The notes: a model not told the origin generated them from the sequence alone. 64,000 nucleotides of DNA from a virus (IMGVR_UViG_3300009370_001552:13341-77340), one strand, 5' to 3'; numbered from the stretch's first letter, positions 37,853-47,359 are shown. A program made the numbers and translations.

Positions 37853-39610
37853 TTAACCCAAAAAATCATCTGTTTCCAGTAAATCTTTTACTTTTATTTC
37901 CATTTTTCTACCGTTTCGTATTACATCAATTCTATTATTTTCGTGTAATTTTCTAACTTCACCATTTTCCAATTCAACTTCAACGGGAGGTCCCAATTCA
38001 CTATTATACTTATGATTTGCTATTTTTGCAGTGAACTTAATTAAATCCTGTCCTACTGTCGTCACAGAAGCCGCATTATCCAAATCATAAAATCTCCATC
38101 CCTGAAGTCCAAGTACGCCGTAAAGTGAATTAAGTAAAACCTTCTGGATATATTGCCGTCTATTAAAATACTCGTATCGTTCATCATTTCCTTCATCTGC
38201 AAATTTCCTTGCTAATTTTCTAAATTCCTTTCGTGTATCAAACCACTTGGATAGAATAGTTGAAATTAAACCTGCCTTATCCGTTTTATATAATATACCT
38301 TCACTTGAAATTGATACTTCATTATCATTAAAAAATGTCTCTAATTCTGTATTAGTTAATTGTCCTTTCCTTTTCCCATTTAATATAATAGAATGTGTCT
38401 TTTTCTTCTTTCCTATAAAATCTTGAGCGTTCCACCCAACTACTTTTCCAAATTTTGTTTCTGGACTTATATTTAAGCTCATAATTATAGAAGGATACAT
38501 ACTTGTAATATCCAAATCATATACCCAGTCATGTTTACCCCGTTGTGGGCGTTTTACATATGCACCTACAAACTTGTTATCTGTAAACTCACCCTTTTCT
38601 GGTTTATTAGGGGCAACGATATTCAATTTCTTCAAGTGAGTTAAAATTGCTCCTTCTAAATATCTACTACTGAAATATATATCTTCATATGGAACATGAC
38701 CAATATGACAAATACCTCGTGCAATGTCAATAAAATCTAATTTATCATCCAATTGTTTTACTATTCTAACATCATGAATATTATATTCCACAAACTTTCT
38801 CAAATCATTTTCATATAAATCATTCAATGTTCCATCATAACTTATTTTAGTTGAACCAACCTCTGTTTGACCTATATCATCCAATCTATATGATGGTCTT
38901 GATCCAAATGTAAAATCTTTATAGAGTAATAGATAATCTAATACACTTACCCCTGCTATTTTATATCGTTTAGTGTATTTACTATACATCACTTTTGATA
39001 TCGGTGATAAATTGTCTGCAACACTTTGACCGAGAACTCTAATTGTTCTATTATATAAATATGGAATATCGAAACCATCTACATTCCAACCAGTAATTAT
39101 AGTAGGTCGTAATTCTAAATATTTTTGGTAAAACCTCTGTAACAATTCATATTCCGTCTGACAACTTTCTACTACACTCTTGCCAAATCCTGTTGTATCT
39201 AATGTCTTACGTTCATCTAATACTAAACAAGTGTAAACATTTCTGATATTATCCCACATAGCAATTGAAGTTATTTTATTCGGTGCCTTCATTGGGTCTG
39301 GAAATCCCTCTGTAACTTCACACTCAATATCAAATATGAATATCTTATGTCCAGTGGACGGTTCTTCACTTTTCCCATACATATCAATCAAAGTTCTCAT
39401 TTCAGGATTTACATCACTTTCCCACAATCCCTGTGCAGTCTTATCCCATCTATATACTTTCTTTAATTTATCACCATATAAAGATGCAAACGTTCCATAA
39501 TTATCTTTAATATAAGCATACTTTTTATATTGCGTTGTTATATGTCCGTTACGATCATCCCAAATGTGGACAACCCCCTTGAATGGTTCTACATAGATAT
39601 TTTGATAAAT
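37853..39610 (-). CDS. polB: Family B DNA polymerase, N-terminal subunit (exonuclease, motifs A and B)
   Basis: FDIEC (ExoI), GWNVDGFDIPY, YNIHDV, DITSMYPS (A), KVLLNSLYG (B); frame extends upstream of TTG 39427 to an ATT at 39610 with GAGG RBS. Confidence 0.9.
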   Translation of the reverse strand: MYQNIYVEPFKGVVHIWDDRNGHITTQYKKYAYIKDNYGTFASLYGDKLKKVYRWDKTAQGLWESDVNPEMRTLIDMYGKSEEPSTGHKIFIFDIECEVTEGFPDPMKAPNKITSIAMWDNIRNVYTCLVLDERKTLDTTGFGKSVVESCQTEYELLQRFYQKYLELRPTIITGWNVDGFDIPYLYNRTIRVLGQSVADNLSPISKVMYSKYTKRYKIAGVSVLDYLLLYKDFTFGSRPSYRLDDIGQTEVGSTKISYDGTLNDLYENDLRKFVEYNIHDVRIVKQLDDKLDFIDIARGICHIGHVPYEDIYFSSRYLEGAILTHLKKLNIVAPNKPEKGEFTDNKFVGAYVKRPQRGKHDWVYDLDITSMYPSIIMSLNISPETKFGKVVGWNAQDFIGKKKKTHSIILNGKRKGQLTNTELETFFNDNEVSISSEGILYKTDKAGLISTILSKWFDTRKEFRKLARKFADEGNDERYEYFNRRQYIQKVLLNSLYGVLGLQGWRFYDLDNAASVTTVGQDLIKFTAKIANHKYNSELGPPVEVELENGEVRKLHENNRIDVIRNGRKMEIKVKDLLETDDFLG

Positions 39611-39674
39611 AATATAACCTCTTTTGTTTATTTATGAGTATTCTTAGTCGTCATTATCATCAATTGTGTATTAT

Positions 39675-41309
39675 TTATGTGACGCATGTATCAGAATTAC
39701 AGAATTTTTCTACAATCGCTTCATTGCCTTTGACTTGTCTAAATGATAAATGTTTTAATTTCTTCAATAATTTATTATATGTCTTTTCATCAATTTCTTC
39801 ATATGGCATTTGTTTGTATGCTCCGAGTTCGTGTCGTGGTAAGAAAGAAACTGACTTTAATTTATATTGGTAAAAATCTAATGCTGACTTAATTTGATCA
39901 CCTTCTGTTTCTGGGTCAAATGTAATGGTAACTGAAACAGCATTGTCTGCCCAATGTTCGGCCATAAATGCTGCCAACTCTAATTGTTCCCATATTGAAA
40001 CTGACTTTAATGTTTTTATTCCGTCACCCACATCAACTGGAACTTCAACTACTACCGTTGAATCTTCTTGACCTACTGCTGGTTCTATATGATACCCAGC
40101 ACTCTTTAACGCTTTTATCAATGGACTATCGTTACCTAATCTAATTCGTCGTATGTAAAAACGAGATTCTGGATAATGTATTCCAGGAGTTGCTCCAGCT
40201 AAAAGGCTGATTGAACCTGATGGTTTATTTGTAGAAAGTCTAATACTCCTTGGGATAGCAAACCAATCCGAATATATTTTATCATATTCTTTTAATGAAT
40301 TGTATCCAGACCTTAACCAATCTTTCAATATAGATAATGAATTATTAGTTAAAAACTGTGTAACTCCACTTACAGAAGTTCCCACTCGTCTGTTTCGTAA
40401 CATTACTCTGTTAGTTTCTGGCCAATGGGTGTCTAATAAAGTTACTGTCTTTGAATAAAGGTATGCATATTTTAATGACTTAATGAAATCTTCTTTACTT
40501 TCGTGTCTATCTGGAAATACTTCTACAAGATTGCATTTCTCGCCAGATTCTAACACGATTTCGCCACAGGGATTGGTCCCCATCGTTCTATTATCACTTA
40601 CACCATTAGTCCCATCTCCCATTCTTTTATTATTATGAGCATTTTCTAACCAAATTAGTCCAGGTTCACCATTATTTTTAATTCGTTCTGCTATATCAGT
40701 ATAATCCATACCAAGTTCTGCTAATACTGAATTGTTTGAAGCCCAACCGAAGTCAGCTCTTTCTGGATTCTTTTTATAATCTTTTAAGTCCAAAAATTGT
40801 TCAGTATTGTCTCCTGCTGCTAGCAATGCGCTGCGTCGCACATTTCCAGCCACGACAGCCTTTCCAATTAAATTAAATATATCAACTATATTTCGTTCAC
40901 TAATTGGACTACCAATACTTTCTGTTAAAATCTCTGTTACTTTATCGTGTAATGCCTTTAACGGCTTATACCCAGATGAAGTTCCACCAAATGTTTTTAT
41001 AATGGCACCTTCCGGTCTGATTTTAGAATAATCAAATACTGGTCGTTGAGAGTTACCAAAGAAAGAATCTATAACATATCCTAAACTTTCTACCCATCCC
41101 TCTCTACTGTCTGGAACAGTAAAATTAAATTCGTTATGAGATGGTGATTTAATTGTTATTTGGTCTGCACCTTTTGTATCAAATCCCACACCAACTCCAC
41201 AATTATGAACAACATTACCATTTCCCAAAACATATGTGTTATTTCCTGGTATGGTTAAATCATAAAATAGTTCATCGTTTGGTATATAGTTTTTATTAAT
41301 AATTTTCAC
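39675..41309 (-). CDS. nrdJ: Class II (B12) ribonucleotide reductase, C-part fused to split-intein C fragment
   Basis: 36-aa Int-C ending VVHN|C; GNVRRSA, TNPCGEI, TNKPSGS, C-terminal CNSDTC. Confidence 0.93.
   Translation of the reverse strand: MKIINKNYIPNDELFYDLTIPGNNTYVLGNGNVVHNCGVGVGFDTKGADQITIKSPSHNEFNFTVPDSREGWVESLGYVIDSFFGNSQRPVFDYSKIRPEGAIIKTFGGTSSGYKPLKALHDKVTEILTESIGSPISERNIVDIFNLIGKAVVAGNVRRSALLAAGDNTEQFLDLKDYKKNPERADFGWASNNSVLAELGMDYTDIAERIKNNGEPGLIWLENAHNNKRMGDGTNGVSDNRTMGTNPCGEIVLESGEKCNLVEVFPDRHESKEDFIKSLKYAYLYSKTVTLLDTHWPETNRVMLRNRRVGTSVSGVTQFLTNNSLSILKDWLRSGYNSLKEYDKIYSDWFAIPRSIRLSTNKPSGSISLLAGATPGIHYPESRFYIRRIRLGNDSPLIKALKSAGYHIEPAVGQEDSTVVVEVPVDVGDGIKTLKSVSIWEQLELAAFMAEHWADNAVSVTITFDPETEGDQIKSALDFYQYKLKSVSFLPRHELGAYKQMPYEEIDEKTYNKLLKKLKHLSFRQVKGNEAIVEKFCNSDTCVT
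41202..41309 (-). mobile_element. Split intein C fragment (36 aa)
   Basis: MKIINK...FYDLTI..NNTYVLGNGNVVHN followed by Cys+1. Confidence 0.92.
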
Positions 41310-42775
41310 AATATTTTCCTCTCGTCTATCAATTTCAAAACTTTATTAAAATCTTGTTTTACATCATTTTCCCAAATAACTAAAACATTATATCCCATAT
41401 TTTCTAATTCATTTATTCTATTTCTATCAGTTAAATGAACAGATGAAAATGAAATATTATCAGCAATGCTATCTGATTCGGTATATATTTCTGGATTCAT
41501 ATGCCAATAATCACCGAAAAACTCAACAATTAAATTTAACTCTGGTATATAAAAATCACAACAATATGTACAATCTTTACCATGTACAAAATATTGATGA
41601 ATTGTTTTTAGATATTCATTTGATATTACAGAATACACCTTATATTCCATTTTTGAAACTTTATTCATATTTTTCAAATTAATAAGTGATGCTCGTCTGC
41701 TATTATCACTTATTATTTTTTTAGCATCATTTATATTATATCCACGGTTTATCCAAAATTCCTTACTAAATGAACTTGTTTTAATCGCAAATTCATATGC
41801 TAACTTTTTAGATTCACTCATCGAATATCCAATATTTAGCCAATAATATATGCATTTACGTTGTTTACGTGCTCGTTTAGATTGGTTTTTATGAATTATA
41901 TAAATACTTTCTTCGTCAGAAAATCCTAATCTGTTCCAATATTTTATATTGTTATAACTACTATCAGATAATTTTTTTGACTTTTCTTCATATAATTCAC
42001 TCCCACGTTTATTACCATATTTATTTACATAGTATTTTTTAGATGAAAAATCTTGATTTCCACTTATTATTTTTTTAGCCACACTTTCATCATATCCAAG
42101 TTTTATCCAATATTCTACACATCGAACATTATTACTTCGTTTAATATAATCGGCTTCATTATTAGTGATGCCCCTTGCTTTAAAATACTGTGTAGTTGGA
42201 TATCTATTAGCTTTAGATACCCTATCTACTGATTTATATTTTTTATATTCTTCAACGGACCCCAACCTGGTAATTAAATTTTCTCGTGTTAATGAACACC
42301 TCGATTTTGCTTTAGTTGCCAATTTCTTCGCACTCAATATTGATTCACCGCGAATCTCCCAATATTCAGGATATTTATTACTGGTTGTGCGTTTTATATA
42401 ACTAGAATACGTTATAGCGTCATCGTTTGAAAATCCATTTTCTATCCAAAATTTTGTAGTTTTAACAAGCGTATTAGTAATAGCTTTATGTTTAATTTTA
42501 TTAAAAACATCACTTAAATTTCTAATTTTCCAAAATATAGGATTTTTACTATCAGATAGAATCCTATCCTTTCGTAATCGAAGTTTATTGTTAATTTCAT
42601 CTTCCGAATGTCCTTTTATTTTCCACTGGTTTATCCAATACCCCTCACTACCTCTACTATCTGATGTAGCACATTTTTTACATACCGTCTCGTTAAAAAT
42701 TGAATTCTCCAACTGATATTTAGTAGAATATATTTGAGTTGCCCCACAATTATTACAGTTTTTTTTATGTTTCAT
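41306..42775 (-). CDS. Free-standing Vsr-like homing endonuclease with repeat-rich N-terminus
   Basis: C-terminal CDFYIPELNLIVEFFGDYWH...D..R...GYNVLVIWEND. Confidence 0.85.
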   Translation of the reverse strand: MKHKKNCNNCGATQIYSTKYQLENSIFNETVCKKCATSDSRGSEGYWINQWKIKGHSEDEINNKLRLRKDRILSDSKNPIFWKIRNLSDVFNKIKHKAITNTLVKTTKFWIENGFSNDDAITYSSYIKRTTSNKYPEYWEIRGESILSAKKLATKAKSRCSLTRENLITRLGSVEEYKKYKSVDRVSKANRYPTTQYFKARGITNNEADYIKRSNNVRCVEYWIKLGYDESVAKKIISGNQDFSSKKYYVNKYGNKRGSELYEEKSKKLSDSSYNNIKYWNRLGFSDEESIYIIHKNQSKRARKQRKCIYYWLNIGYSMSESKKLAYEFAIKTSSFSKEFWINRGYNINDAKKIISDNSRRASLINLKNMNKVSKMEYKVYSVISNEYLKTIHQYFVHGKDCTYCCDFYIPELNLIVEFFGDYWHMNPEIYTESDSIADNISFSSVHLTDRNRINELENMGYNVLVIWENDVKQDFNKVLKLIDERKIL

Positions 42776-42811
42776 TTTATTTTCCTAATTTATATACTTA
42801 TGTCGTTATTA

Positions 42812-42819
42812 ATAAATAT
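42812..42819 (-). promoter_or_regulatory. Putative phage promoter motif ATATTTAT
   Basis: Upstream of the nrdJ endonuclease. Confidence 0.45.
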
Positions 42820-42827
42820 ACGAAATT

Positions 42828-43133
42828 TTAATTTTCATTAGAAATATAAAAATTCTCTATGTTATCATTACCATTAATATCTTTAGCTTCTACCCACCCC
42901 CTGTTTATAGTTAAAAATAAATGGTCTTCTGTACATCTAACAGTACTACCATCTTCAAATTCCAACTCAATTATTTTCTTATCCGACACCTCATTTTTTA
43001 ATACTTTGTCTGGATATATAAAAGAATATCTTTTAGTTTCTTCATTAAACGATAGTACTTTGTCATCAACTGTTATATCTTTAATTTTTTTATTTCCACC
43101 ATCAGTTAAAATTAAAGTGTCTGGATGAAAACA
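42828..43133 (-). mobile_element. Split intein N fragment (101 aa)
   Basis: Block A CFHPDTLILT and block B VRCTEDHLF. Confidence 0.92.
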
Positions 43134-43568
43134 CATCAACATATCCATAGCAAATACAAATGGAAATGATAGACTATCTTTTATATTTTCTGTACTAATA
43201 AAATTACAATTGAATAGTGCGGGAGTGAGTTTCTTCTTTGTAATAATATCTGTACCCATTGCCCACAAACCACGTCCGGGAGGAAGTAATTTCATATTAA
43301 ACATTCTATCATACATTTCTTGTGCACTTCGTTGAGCTTGCCATGGATTCCAACCCAATCTATGTTTTTCAATCCACTCTTTCTGAATTGTATATGTGCC
43401 CTCTACAACTCTACGAACTGTTTCCCACCATTGTTCATTTTTTCCATCTTCCTTTATACGAGAATAGGTTCTCATATATACTAAATGTCCCAAACCATTA
43501 AATCCAAATGGTTCTTTTTTTCTTTTATAATTTTCTATAAAATTTTTACTTAAAACGAATTTTTCCAT
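42828..43568 (-). CDS. nrdJ: Class II RNR, N-part fused to split-intein N fragment
   Basis: RTYSR, PPGRGLWAMG, LFNC; then CFHPDTLI...CTEDH. Confidence 0.93.
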   Translation of the reverse strand: MEKFVLSKNFIENYKRKKEPFGFNGLGHLVYMRTYSRIKEDGKNEQWWETVRRVVEGTYTIQKEWIEKHRLGWNPWQAQRSAQEMYDRMFNMKLLPPGRGLWAMGTDIITKKKLTPALFNCNFISTENIKDSLSFPFVFAMDMLMCFHPDTLILTDGGNKKIKDITVDDKVLSFNEETKRYSFIYPDKVLKNEVSDKKIIELEFEDGSTVRCTEDHLFLTINRGWVEAKDINGNDNIENFYISNEN

Positions 43569-43620
43569 ATAAACTTTTACTCCTTATATCCATTTTCTAT
43601 AACTTCCGCATCTCACTAAT

Positions 43621-43628
43621 ATAAATAT
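43621..43628 (-). promoter_or_regulatory. Putative phage promoter motif ATATTTAT
   Basis: Between helicase stop and nrdJ start. Confidence 0.45.
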
Positions 43629-43633
43629 AACAC

Positions 43634-44998
43634 TTATTCAAATCCACCCATATCTTTATCATTATTATACTTATTTGATAACTGTTTTCTTAAATATTCT
43701 TCACTATTATCCATTTTCTTTTGAGTAACCTGACCGTCTTGTGTATTTGCTTCGTAAATCTGAATACTACCGTTGTTTGTGTTTATACTCGCTGGAAATG
43801 TAATACCATCAACTCCAAATCTATTTTTAATCACATGGAAACGACCAGTATTTGCTATTTTATCTTCTACTTTTCTACTCATAGATACAACAAAATCTGC
43901 AATCATTACCTTTGCATATGATTCTGCTACTTTACTGGCATCAATTACATCTTCCTCTAATGATGACCGGTTGGCCTGACTGGCAGTCCATATTGGCATT
44001 TCATATTCACCTGCAAGTCCTCTTAAATCTTCATAAATACTTTCTAATACGTGTCGTTTTTCACTACCAACTCCACGGAGAATATCTGCATAATCTACCA
44101 AAATTAAATCTATATTTGTTCCCTGTAATTCTATCTGTTTTAGATGTGATGATAGAGTTTGAACTGTTGCACCTTTAGTTGGAAAATATTTGATCAACAG
44201 AGTCCCCTTTAATTCTGCAATTTTCTTCTTTACATCATCTTTATAGTATTTTATATTTGCTGTAGTCACTCCACTAAATACAGTATCAAATCGTAATCCT
44301 ACATAATTTTGGTTTAACTCTAATGTATAATACACTACATTTAATCCATTTTTTACTGCATTTGCACCCAGTATTTGCAAAAACCATGATTTTCCAATTC
44401 CAGCTGGGGCGACTACCACTCCCAATTCACCTGCTCCTAACCCACCATCCATTATTTCATCTATTGGATCCCAACCAGTTTTTACGGTGTCTCTGGCCGA
44501 GTTTGCAAGTCGTTCTTCTATTCCACTAATATACTCATGTCCTAATTCTCTATCACCACCAGCTTTCATTGCTTCGTCTATTAGATTTTTAATCTCATCA
44601 TATTTACCAATTTCTAATAAATCAACACTATCCATGATTGCAGCTTTAATGACTTGATTTTTACAGAACTCTAATATCTGTTCTTGTATAAATGGTAAAT
44701 CAGTAGACTCTATGTATCTCCAACTTTCTTTTAGATTTTCTACTACTGCCATCTTTAGAATATCATTATCTAAATCATCTATTTTTACTTTTAATACTTC
44801 TAATGTCGGGGCTGTTTTATACTCAAAGAAATAATCTCGTATGGTTCTGGATAGAAATCGGTTTGCGTCACTCTCAAAATATGATGGTTCTAATATATCA
44901 CTTATAGTTTGTAGGAACTTTTTATCACCGAGTAATGATGATATAATTTTACATTGGAATGTTTTTCCAAAAATTTGTAAAGTAGATTTATCATTCAT
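43634..44998 (-). CDS. Replicative DnaB/gp41-like helicase
   Basis: APAGIGKS, TLEL, LVDYAD, WTASQANR, KNRFG. Confidence 0.93.
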   Translation of the reverse strand: MNDKSTLQIFGKTFQCKIISSLLGDKKFLQTISDILEPSYFESDANRFLSRTIRDYFFEYKTAPTLEVLKVKIDDLDNDILKMAVVENLKESWRYIESTDLPFIQEQILEFCKNQVIKAAIMDSVDLLEIGKYDEIKNLIDEAMKAGGDRELGHEYISGIEERLANSARDTVKTGWDPIDEIMDGGLGAGELGVVVAPAGIGKSWFLQILGANAVKNGLNVVYYTLELNQNYVGLRFDTVFSGVTTANIKYYKDDVKKKIAELKGTLLIKYFPTKGATVQTLSSHLKQIELQGTNIDLILVDYADILRGVGSEKRHVLESIYEDLRGLAGEYEMPIWTASQANRSSLEEDVIDASKVAESYAKVMIADFVVSMSRKVEDKIANTGRFHVIKNRFGVDGITFPASINTNNGSIQIYEANTQDGQVTQKKMDNSEEYLRKQLSNKYNNDKDMGGFE

Positions 44999-45143
44999 TT
45001 ATTTTTTTCTCTATAATTGCTATGGTGCAATGTTGTGCTCCTCCGTGACTGGAATGTATATCTCCTTAAATTAGTGGAAATGTAAGTTTGTTTCATAACA
45101 ACCTTTCTATAAATAGTAATCACAATTCCTAAAACCAATTATT

Positions 45144-46100
45144 TTATTGCCAGAAATCGTGTTCCACCAGTCCTGCTGGGTTCTTTGCCTTCTCTATTCT
45201 TGCTTCCATTATTTCAAAATACTCTTTTTCTCGTTCTATCATAATGTAATTTCGTTCACCCATTACTGCTGCAATTCCTGTTGTTCCGCTTCCTGCGAAT
45301 GGGTCTAATACTATATCACCTTTTCTACTCCCCAAAACCAATAAATATGAGAATAAGGTTAGTGGTTTGCAAGTTGGATGTATATTTTTTCCATCTTTAA
45401 TACCATCACTCTTTTCTCGTTTTGAAGCTTTCGGCACAATTAAAAACGGAAATGTCTTTTGGACTTCTTCTGGTAATTCATTAAAATATCGTTTCCACCA
45501 TTCGTCTAAACTGAAGTATCTACTGAAGTCTCCTTCATCTCCGTATCCTGGATCCTCTGCAAATCCTTCGTCTTTATGTGCCCAACCACCACTATACATA
45601 TCGTTTGTATTCTGGTATGAACGACCACCACTTGATTTTGTGGTTTTACCTTGATCAAGTATTCTATCACTCACTAATAAGTTTGCTGCAAACCTACCCA
45701 TCGGTGATGCATCTGCAGTGTCGTTTTCTTCACTCTTAAATCCACTTGTCTTGAATACATTATCTTCTGAACGTGGTTGTCTTTTAGTGGTTTTTCTCAT
45801 AGGTGGTTCATCCACTTCAACTATTTTAGTTGCCTTCTTTCCCCATAGATTTCTACCATCACTCATTGGTTGGGTTTCACCTGGTTTACCATATCGAATA
45901 TCCATTCTGCCATAACCACCTTGTGGAGTATCATTCATTCCTGTGAATGGAATACGGCAGTCGTCGAGCCACGTACAAGAACGTCCCTGTGTTGTAAATT
46001 GTGCTAAATTAGGTTTCTTAAATTTACCACTCGGTAATCTTTCTATTTTTAGTTCTATACCTTTATAGTTTATTTTATATGTTCGGTCTTTTTCCCGCAT
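45144..46100 (-). CDS. DNA N6/N4-methyltransferase, C-terminal part of fractured gene
   Basis: WLDDCRIP, GRFAANL, HPTCKP, VLDPFAGSGTT (motif I); lacks motif IV. Confidence 0.85.
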   Translation of the reverse strand: MREKDRTYKINYKGIELKIERLPSGKFKKPNLAQFTTQGRSCTWLDDCRIPFTGMNDTPQGGYGRMDIRYGKPGETQPMSDGRNLWGKKATKIVEVDEPPMRKTTKRQPRSEDNVFKTSGFKSEENDTADASPMGRFAANLLVSDRILDQGKTTKSSGGRSYQNTNDMYSGGWAHKDEGFAEDPGYGDEGDFSRYFSLDEWWKRYFNELPEEVQKTFPFLIVPKASKREKSDGIKDGKNIHPTCKPLTLFSYLLVLGSRKGDIVLDPFAGSGTTGIAAVMGERNYIMIEREKEYFEIMEARIEKAKNPAGLVEHDFWQ

Positions 46101-46201
46101 GTATTTCGTGCTCCCATAATCTTATTATTTCATAACCGTTATTCGGGGAAATAAAAATTTGTATTGCAATTCTTACACTTCACTTTTATTTTTTTCTTCA
46201 T
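46075..46201 (-). pseudogene. Internally deleted Zn-finger/Vsr-like endonuclease relic
   Basis: MKKKIKVKCKNCNTNFYFP directly joined (different frame) to NNGYEIIRLWEHEI...*. Confidence 0.65.
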
Positions 46202-46322
46202 AGTATTTCTCCATACGCTTTTTCCTTATCTTTTCTGCGTTTTTGAGATAATATTTACGAGACTTTATTCTATTGGCCTCTTTTCGTTCTTCTTCTGTTT
46301 TATATTTTAACTTTCTTCCCAT
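46173..46322 (-). CDS. Small basic helical protein (49 aa, not in ORF track)
   Basis: MGRKLKYKTEEERKEANRIKSRKYYLKNAEKIRKKRMEKYY; paralog of 48062-48244. Confidence 0.6.
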   Translation of the reverse strand: MGRKLKYKTEEERKEANRIKSRKYYLKNAEKIRKKRMEKYYEEKNKSEV

Positions 46323-46336
46323 ATTATCTCTCTACT

Positions 46337-46344
46337 ATAAATAT
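46337..46344 (-). promoter_or_regulatory. Putative phage promoter motif ATATTTAT
   Basis: Upstream of the insert between the MTase halves. Confidence 0.45.
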
Positions 46345-46372
46345 AAGTAATTACAAAAAAGTAATAACATTT

Positions 46373-47359
46373 TTACTCATTTTCCCAAATAATTTCATCT
46401 AAATCATATTGAGATTTTAACTCATCTGTTATTTCAAATAATGCTGTATCTTCTTCCACAAATCGGGATCTTATTTGTTCTACATAACCACCCTTTTCTA
46501 ATGGTTTCATAGCAACTATGACGCTCTCCCAGGCTGGCTTTACCTGGTAACCAGCATACGCACCTTCCGCTCTTCGTGCCATTTCTGTTGCTGGTAATGT
46601 AATATCCACTTCACCACTTGCTTGATTATTTGTTGGTGAAAATGCAAAGTCTTTACCTGTTCCTAATCCAGATGACCTTTTACCGATTACTTCACGTTCT
46701 GCTCCCATAAATAATTTCTCAAGATTTTTAGCAATATGTTTCTTTTCTAAATCATCTTTTATATCATCTTCGTCATAACCAATAACTTTCTTTATCACTT
46801 CCCACTTTTCTAATGTGGGTATTGCAATTCCCCAACTATCATCTGTTCTAATTTCTTTTCGTAAATAACCACAAGCATTAAACCCACATTCTTTATTTAT
46901 CTGTGCTTTAGTTTTACCACTTTCTTTATATAGTTCTGCAAGTTTATCTTTAATCTCTATAAGTGAAGTTCTTTGACGACCTGCATGTTTGTCGAAATGT
47001 TTGCCCACGTTCATTGCTTTCGGGAAACCAGTGGCATAACTCCAGGCAATAGGAGTAAAACTTATATTAAATCCAGCATCTTCTAATAATATACACATTC
47101 TACTGTGAACATCAGAACGAGGTGCCGACATTACAAATGCTAATCCACCTGGTTTTAGAACACGTACACATTCCTTAAATATCTCTATATCTGGGAGGGC
47201 TTTATCCCAATCTTTGCCCATGAAGGAAATCGAATACGGGGGATCACACGCCATAAGATCGACACTATTATCTGAAAGTTCTTTTAATTTCTCTTTACTA
47301 TCCCCAAGTATCAACTGACTTTTAACTAATCCACCAATTTCTCCTTGTGTTTTTTTCAT
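46373..47359 (-). CDS. DNA N6/N4-methyltransferase, N-terminal part of fractured gene
   Basis: LILGDS, CDPPY (motif IV), RVLKPGG, YATGFPKA, KPAWE..IVAMKP; lacks motif I. Confidence 0.85.
   Translation of the reverse strand: MKKTQGEIGGLVKSQLILGDSKEKLKELSDNSVDLMACDPPYSISFMGKDWDKALPDIEIFKECVRVLKPGGLAFVMSAPRSDVHSRMCILLEDAGFNISFTPIAWSYATGFPKAMNVGKHFDKHAGRQRTSLIEIKDKLAELYKESGKTKAQINKECGFNACGYLRKEIRTDDSWGIAIPTLEKWEVIKKVIGYDEDDIKDDLEKKHIAKNLEKLFMGAEREVIGKRSSGLGTGKDFAFSPTNNQASGEVDITLPATEMARRAEGAYAGYQVKPAWESVIVAMKPLEKGGYVEQIRSRFVEEDTALFEITDELKSQYDLDEIIWENE

Noticed and set aside
39660-39674. In-frame IIHN-stop after the nrdJ stop, resembling an intein C-end
   Set aside because: Only four codons with no other intein blocks; likely chance.
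44999-45100. Small ORF MKQTYISTNLRRY... upstream of the helicase
   Set aside because: Too short, no homology cues, and it overlaps the helicase start region.
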